Shown in pieces: positions 56,501 through 64,000 of a stretch of DNA of 64,000 nt. The position numbers and the translations under genes were made by a program. This DNA comes from Eledone cirrhosa. Lineage: Eukaryota. Each line of letters starts with the position of its first letter. Position 1 is the first letter of the stretch. The stretch spans positions 338,892,001-338,956,000 of the forward strand of contig OZ024742.1 of the NCBI GenBank assembly GCA_964016885.1, given 5' to 3'. The notes beneath the pieces were generated by a model, which saw nothing but the letters and a program-made list of their open reading frames with translations, was not told the DNA's origin and did no database searches.

Positions 56501-59500
56501 GGTCTCTAGTAGTCCCATTTTTTATGGTGTTATAATGGTAAGGTCTGTAGTAGTCCCATGTTTTATGGTGTCCTAATGATAAGGTTTCTAGTAGTCCCAT
56601 GTTTTATGGTGTCCTAATGACAAGGTCTCTAGTATTCTCATGTTTTATGGTGTACTAATGATAAGGTCCCTAGTAGTATCATGATTTATATGGTGTTCTA
56701 AAGATAACGTCTGTAGTAGTCCCATGTTTTATGGTGTCCTAATGATAAGGTTTCTAGTAGTCCCATGTTTTATGGGGTCCTAATGATAAGGTTTCTAGTA
56801 GTCCTATGTTTTATGCTGTCCTAATGATAGGGTCTCTAGTAGTCCCATGTTTTATGGTGTCCTAATGATAAGGTTTCTAGTAGTCCCATGTTTTATGGTG
56901 TCCTAATGATAGGGTCTCTAGTAGTCCCATGTTTTATGGTGTTCTAATGATAAGGTCCCTAGTAGTCCCATGTTTTATGCTGTCCTAATGATAGGGTCTC
57001 TAGTAGTCCCATGTTTTATGGTGTTCTAATGATAAGGTCCCTAGTAGTCCCATGTTCTATGGTGTCCTAATGATAAGGTTTCAAGTAGTCCCATGTTTTA
57101 TGGTGTTCTAATGATAAGGTCCCTAGTAGTATCATGTTTTATATGGTGTTCTAATGATAAGGTCTGTAGTAGTCCCATGTTTTATATGGTGTCCTAATGA
57201 TAAGGTTTCTAGTAGTCCCATGTTTTATGGTGTTCTAATGATAAGGTCTCTAGTAGTATCATGTTTTATATGGTGTTCTAATGATAAGGTCTGTAGTAGT
57301 CCCATGTTTTATGGTGTCCTAACGATAAGGTCACTAGTATTATTATGTTTTATGGTGTCCTAATGATAAGGTCTCTAATAGTCCCATGTTTTATGGCGTC
57401 CTAATGATAAGGTCCCTAGCAGTATCATGTTTTATATGGTGTCCAAGAGAAGGTCTCCAGTAGTCCCATGTTTTATGGTGTGCTAATGAAAAGGTCCCTA
57501 GTAGTATTATGTTTTATAGGGTGTTCTAATGATAAGGTCTGTAGTAGTCCCATGTTTTATGGTGTCCTAACGATAAGGTCACTAGTATTATTATGTTTTA
57601 TGGTGTCCTAATGATAAGGTCTCTAATAGTCCCATGTTTTATGGCGTCCTAATGATAAGGTCCCTAGCAGTATCATGTTTTAAATGGTGTCCTAATGATA
57701 AGGTCTCCAGTAGTCCCATGTTTTATGGTGTGCTAATGAAAAGGTCCCTTGTAGTATTATGTTTTATAGGGTGTTCTAATGATAAGGTCTGTAGTAGTCC
57801 CATGTTTTATGGTGTCCTAATGATAAGGTTTCTAGTAGTTCCATGTTTTATGGTGTCCTAATGATGAGGTTTTAGTAGTCCCATGTTTTATGGTGTCCTA
57901 TGATAAGGTTTCTAGTAGTCCCATGTTTTATGCTGTCCTAATCATTAGGTCACTAGTAGTTCCATGTTTTATGGTGTTATAATTGTAAGGTCTGTAGTAG
58001 TTCCATGTTTTATGGTGTCCTAATGATAAGGTTTCTAGTAGTCCCATGTTTTATGGTGTCCTAATGATAAGGTCTCTAGTAGTCCCATGTTTTATGGTGT
58101 CCTAATGATAAGGTCCCTAGTAGTATCATGTTTTATATGGTGTTCTAATGATAAGGTCTGTAGTAGTCCCATGTTTTATGGTGTCCTAATGATAATGTTT
58201 CTAGTAGTCCCATGTTTTATGGTGTCCTAATGATAAGGTTTCTAGTAGTCCCATGTTTTATGCTGTCCTAATGATAGGGTCTCTAGTAGTCCCATATTTT
58301 ATGGTGACCTAATGATAAGGTCTCTGGTAGTCCCATGATTTATGGTGTCCTAATGATAAAGTCCCTAGTAGTATCATGTTTTATATGGTGTTCTAATGAT
58401 AAGGTCTGTAGTAGTCCCATGATTTATGGTGTCCTAATGATGGGGTCTCTAGTAGTATCAAGTTTTATGGTGTCCTAATGATAAGGTCTCTAGTGCTATC
58501 ATGTTTTATGGTGTCCTAATGATAAGGTTTCTAGTAGTCCCATGTTTTATGGTGTGCTAATGAAAAGGTCCCTTGTAGTATTATGTTTTATAGGGTGTTC
58601 TAATGATAAGGTCTGTAGTAGTCCCATGTTTTATGGTGTCCTAATGATAAGGTTTCTAGTAGTCCCATGTTTTATGGTGTCCTAATGATGAGGTTTCTAG
58701 TAGTCCCATGTTTTATGGTGTCCTATGATAAGGTTTCTAGTAGTCCCATGTTTTATGCTGTCCTAATGATAAGGTCTCTAGTAGTCCCATTTTTTATGGT
58801 GTTATAATGGTAAGGTCTGTAGTAGTCCCATGTTTTATAGTGTCCTAATGATAAGGTTTCTAGTAGTCCCATGTTTTATGGTGTCCTAATGATAAGGTCT
58901 CTAGTATTCCCATGTTTTAAGGTGTCCTAATGATAAGGTCCCTAGTAGTATCATGATTTATATGGTGTTCTAATGATAACGTCTGTAGTAGTCCCATGTT
59001 TTATGGTGTCCTAATGATAAGGTTTCTAGTAGTCCCATGTTTTATGGGTTCCTAATGATAAGGTTTCTAGTAGTCCCATGTTTTATGCTGTCCTAATGAT
59101 AGGGTCTCTAGTAGTCCCATGTCTTATGGTGTTCTAATGATAAGGTCCCTAGTAGTCCCATGATTTATGGTGTCCTAATGATAAGGTTTCCAGTAGTCCC
59201 ATGTTTTATGTCCTAATGATAGGGTCTCTAGTAGTCCCATGTGTTATGGTGTTCTAATGATAAGGTCCCTAGTAGTATCATCTTTTATATGGTGTCCTAA
59301 TGATAAGGTCTGTAGTAGACCCATGTTTTATGGTGTCCTAATCATAGGGTCTTTAGTAGTCCCATGTTTTATGGTGTCCAAATGATAAGGTCTCTAGTAG
59401 TATCAAGTTTTATGGTGTCCTAATGATAAGGTCTCTAGTGGTATCATGTTTTATGGTGTCCTAATGATAAGGTCTCTAGTAGTCCCATGTTTTATGGTCT

Positions 59501-62500
59501 CCTAATGATAAGGTCTCTAGTAGTCCCATGTTTTATGGTCTCCTAATGATAAGGTCTCTAGTGGTATCATGTTTTATGGTGTCCTAATGATAAGGTCTCC
59601 AGCAGTCCCATATTCTATGGTGTCCTAATGAAAAGGTCCCTAGTAGTATCATGTTTTATAGGGTGTTCTAATGATAAGGTCTGTAGTAGTCCCATGTTTT
59701 ATGGTGTCCTAATGATAAGGTTTCTTGTAGTCCCATGTTTTATGGTGTCCTAATGATAAGGTTTCTAGTAGTCCCATGTTTTATGGTTTTCTAATGATAA
59801 GGTACCTAGTAGTCCCATATTTTATGGTGTCCTAATGATAAGGTCCCTAGTAGTATCATGTTTTATATTGTGTCCTAATGATAAGGTCTCTAGTAGTCCC
59901 ATATTTTATAGTGTCCTAATGATAAGGTCTCTAGTAGTCCCATGTTTTATGGTGTCCTAATGATAAGGTCACTAATAGTCCCATGTTTTATAGTGTCCTA
60001 ATAATAAGGTCTCTAGTAGTCCTATTTTTTATAGTGCCCTAATGATAAGGTTTCTAGTAGTCCCATGATTTATAGTGTCCTAATGATAAGGTCTCTAATA
60101 ATCCCATGTTTTATAGTGTCCTAATGATAAGGTCTCTAGTAGTATCAAGTTTTATGGTGTCCTAATGATAAGGTTTCTAGTAGTATCAAGTTTTATGGTG
60201 TCCTAATGATAAGGTTTCTAGTAGTCCCATGTTTTATGTCCTTAATGATAGGGTCTCTAGTAGTCCCATGTTTTATGGTGTCCTAACGATAAAGTCCCTA
60301 GTCGTATCATGTTTTATGGTGTCCTAATGATAAGGTCTCTAGTAGTTCCATGTTTTATGGTGCACTAAAGATAAGGTCTCTAATAGTCCCATGTTTAATG
60401 GCGTCTAAATGATAAGGTCCCTAGTAGTATCATGTTTTATATGGTGTTCTAATGATAAGGTCTGTAGTAGTCCCATGTTTTATGGTCTTCCTAATGATAA
60501 GGTTTCTTGTAGTCCCATGTTTTATGGTATCCTAATGATAAGGTTTCTAGTAGTCACATGTTTTATGGTGTCCTAATGATAAGGTTTCTAGTAGCTCCAT
60601 GTTTTATGGTGTCCTAATGATAAGGTTTCTATTAGTCCCATGTTTTATGGTGTCCTAATGATAAGGTTTCTAGTAGTCCCATGTTTTATGGTGTCCTAAT
60701 GATAGGATCTGTAGTCGTCCCATGTTTTATGGTGTTCTAATGATTAGGTCCCTAGTAGTCCCATATTTTATGGTGTCCTAATGATAATGTCCCTTGTAGT
60801 ATCATGTTTTATATTGTGTCCTAATGATAAGGTCTCTAGTAGTCGCATGTTTTATAGTGTCGTAATGATAAGGTCTCTAATAGTCCCATGTTTTATGGTG
60901 TCCTAATGATAAGGTCACTAGTAGTCCCATGTTTTATGGTGTCTTAATGATAAGGTCTCTAGTAGTCCTATTTTTTATAGTGCCCTAATGATAAGGTTTC
61001 TAGTAGTCCCATGTTTTATAGTGTCCTAATGATGAGGTCTCTAATAATCCCATGTTTTATAGTGTCCTAATGATAAGGTCTGTAGTAGTATCAAGTTTTA
61101 TGGTGTCCTAATGATAAGGTTTCTAGAAGTCCCATGTTTTATGTCCTTAATGATAGGGTCTCTAGTTGTCCCATGTTTTATGGTGTCCTAATGATAAGGT
61201 CCCTAGTAGTATCATGTTTTATGGTGTCCTAATGATAAGGTCTCTAGTAGTTCCATGTTTTATGGTGCCCTAAAGATAAGGTCTCTAATAGTACCATGTT
61301 TTATGGCGTCCTAATGATAAGGTCCCTAGTAGTATCATGTTTTATATGGTGTCCTAATCATAAGGTCTCCAGTAGTCCCATGTTTTGTGGTGTCCTAATG
61401 ATAAGGTCCCTAGAAGTATCATATTTTATAGGGTGTTCTAATTATAAGGTCTGTAGTAGTCCCATGTTTTATGGTCTTCCCAATGATAAGGTTTCTTGTA
61501 GTCCCATGTTTTATGGTATCCTAATGATAAGGTTTCTAGTAGTCCCATGTTTTATGCTGTCCTAATGATAAGGTTTCTAGTAGTCCCATGTTTTATGGTG
61601 TCCTACTGATAAGGTCTCCATTAGTCCCATGTTTTATGGTTTCTTAATGATAAGGTTTCTAGTAGTCCCATGTTTTATGGTGTCCTAATGATAGGGTCTG
61701 TAGTCGTCCCATGTTTTATGGTGTCCTAATGATAAGGTCTCTAGTAGTATCACGTTTTATGGGGTCCTAACGATAAGTTCCCTAGTAGTCCCATATTTTA
61801 AGGTGTCCAAATGATAAGGTCACTAGTAGTATCATGTTTTATATGGTGTCCTAATGATAAAGTTTCTAGTAGTCCCATGTTTTATGGTATCCTAATGATA
61901 AGGTTTCTAGTAGTGCCATGTTTTATGCTGTCCTAATGATAAGGTTTCTAGTAGTCCCATGTTTTATGGTGTCCTAATGATAAGGTGCCTACTAGTATCA
62001 TGTTTTATATGGTGTCCTAATGATAAGGTCTGTAGTAGTCCCATGTTTTATAGTGTCCTAATGATAAGGTCTGTAGTAGTCCCATGTTTTATGGTGTCCT
62101 AATGATAAGGTCTCTAGTATTATCATGTTTTATGGTGTCCTAATGATAAGGTCTCCAGTAGTCCCATGTTTTATGGTGACCTAATGATAAGGGCCCTAGT
62201 AGTATTATGTTTTATAGGGTGTTCTAATGATAAGGTCTGTAGTAGTCCCATGTTTTATTGTGTCATAATGATAAGGTTTCTAGTAGTCCCATGTTTTATG
62301 GTGTCCTAATGATAAGGTTTCTAGTAGTCCCATGTTTTATGGGTCCTAATGCGAAGCTTTCTAGTAGTCCCATGTTTTATGCTGTCCTAATGATAGGGTC
62401 TCTAGTAGTCTCATGTTTTATGGTGTTCTAATGATAAGGTCTGTAGTAGTCCCATGATTTATCGTGTCCTAATGATGAGGTTTCTAGTAGTCCCATGTTT

Positions 62501-64000
62501 TATGCTGTCTTAATGATAAGGTTTCTAGTAGTCCCATGTTTTATAGTGTCCTAATGATAAGCTCTCTAGTAATCCCATGTTTTATAGTGTCCTAATGATA
62601 AGGTTTCTAGTAGTATCAAGTTTTATGGTGTCCTAATGATAAGGTTTCTAGTAGTCCCATGTTTTATGTCCTTAATGATAGGGTCTCTAGTAGTCCCATG
62701 TTTTATGGGTCCTAATGATAAGGTCCCTAGTAGTATCATGTTTTATGGTGTCCTAATGATAAGGTCTCTAGTAGTTCCATGTTTTATGGTGCCATAAAGA
62801 TAAGGTCTCTAATAGTCCCATGTTTTATGGCGTCCTAATGATAACGTCCCTAGTAGTATCATGTTTTATATGGTGTCCTAATGATAAGGTCTCTAGTAGT
62901 CCCATGTTTTGTGGTGTCCTAATGATAAGGTCCCTAGTAGTATCATGTTTTATAGGGTGTCCTAATGATAAAGTTTCTAGTAGTCCCATGTTTTATGGTG
63001 TCCTAATGATAAGGTTTCTAGTAGTCCCATGTTTTATGGTGTCCTAATGATAGGGTCTCTAGTAGTATCAAGTTTTATGGTGTCCTAATGATAAGGTCTC
63101 TAGTCGTATCACGTTGTATGGTGTCCTAATGATAAGGTCTCTAGTAGTCCCATGTTTTATGGTGTCTTAATGATAAGGTCTCTCGTATTATCATGTTTTA
63201 TGGTGTCCTAATGATAAGGTCTCTAATAGTCCCATGTTTTATGGTGTCCTAATGATAAGGTCCCTAGTAGTATCATGTTTTATATGGTGTTCTAATGATA
63301 AGGTCTGTAGTAGTCCCATGTTTTATGGTGTCCTAATGATAATGTTTCTAGTAGTCCCATGTTTTATGGTGTCCTAATGATAAGCTTTCTAGTAGTCCCA
63401 TGTTTTATGGTGTCCTAATGATAAGGTTTCTAGTAGTCCCATGTTTTATGCTGTCCTAATGATAGGGTCTCTAGTAGTCCCATATTTTATGGTGACCTAA
63501 TGATAAGGTCTCTGGTAGTCCCATGATTTATGGTGTCCTAATGATAAAGTCCCTAGTAGTATCATGTTTTATATGGTGTTCTAATGATAAGGTCTGTAGT
63601 AGTCCCATGATTTATGGTGTCCTAATGATGGGGTCTCTAGTAGTATCAAGTTTTATGGTGTCCTAATGATAAGGTCTCTAGTGGTATCATGTTTTATGGT
63701 GTCCTAATGATAAGGTTTCTAGTAGTCCCATGTTTTATGGTGTGCTAATGAAAAGGTCCCTTGTAGTATTATGTTTTATAGGGTGTTCTAATGATAAGGT
63801 CTGTAGTAGTCCCATGTTTTATGGTGTCCTAATGATAAGGTTTCTAGTAGTCCCATGTTCTATGGTGTCCTAATGATGAGGTTTCTAGTAGTCCCATGTT
63901 TTATGGTGTCCTATGATAAGGTTTCTAGTAGTCCCATGTTTTATGCTGTCCTAATGATAAGGTCTCTAGTAGTCCCATTTTTTATGGTGTTATAATGGTA
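29554..64000. repeat. Satellite DNA array, 41-bp monomer (43-bp variants), over 34 kb, runs off the window end
   Basis: Consensus GGTGTCCTAATGATAAGGTYTCTAGTAGTCCCATGTTTTAT head-to-tail, roughly 830 units by length; variants ending TTTTATAT. Confidence 0.99.

Noticed and set aside
29554-64000. CRISPR array or repeated small-protein gene cluster (MFYGVLMIRS ORFs)
   Set aside because: No unique spacers or cas genes; ORFs arise by chance from 41/43-bp phase shifts.
29554-64000. Satellite CTAATGA as a hammerhead core or C/D box
   Set aside because: Essential G missing, no GAAA/stem III and no box D; resemblance is coincidental.

Overview
Gene-free, AT-rich animal (eukaryotic) heterochromatin-like DNA; the SINE families and TA/TG/TACA microsatellite load suggest a cephalopod such as Octopus (inference). 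Bases 1-29.5 kb are a dense nest of decayed retroelements sitting in microsatellites: at least four Naiad-type Penelope-like elements (PLEs; RT and/or GIY-YIG endonuclease), one Neptune-like PLE fragment, non-coding PLE derivatives, about ten intact, partial or degenerate type I hammerhead ribozymes, a near full-length R4/Dong non-LTR element in (TACA)n, a Tx1/L1-like 3' fragment with a 21-bp TSD in (TCTA)n, and several tRNA-derived SINEs. From about 29.55 kb to the window end is a 41/43-bp satellite array with nested kb-scale block duplications. No host protein-coding gene is supported; most listed ORFs are translations of repeats. Best leads: microsatellite-targeting, hammerhead-bearing PLEs with a repeated inverted pLTR+tail architecture, microsatellites inside their own 3' UTRs, and a retrozyme-like non-autonomous unit. 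All structures were read by eye, not computed.
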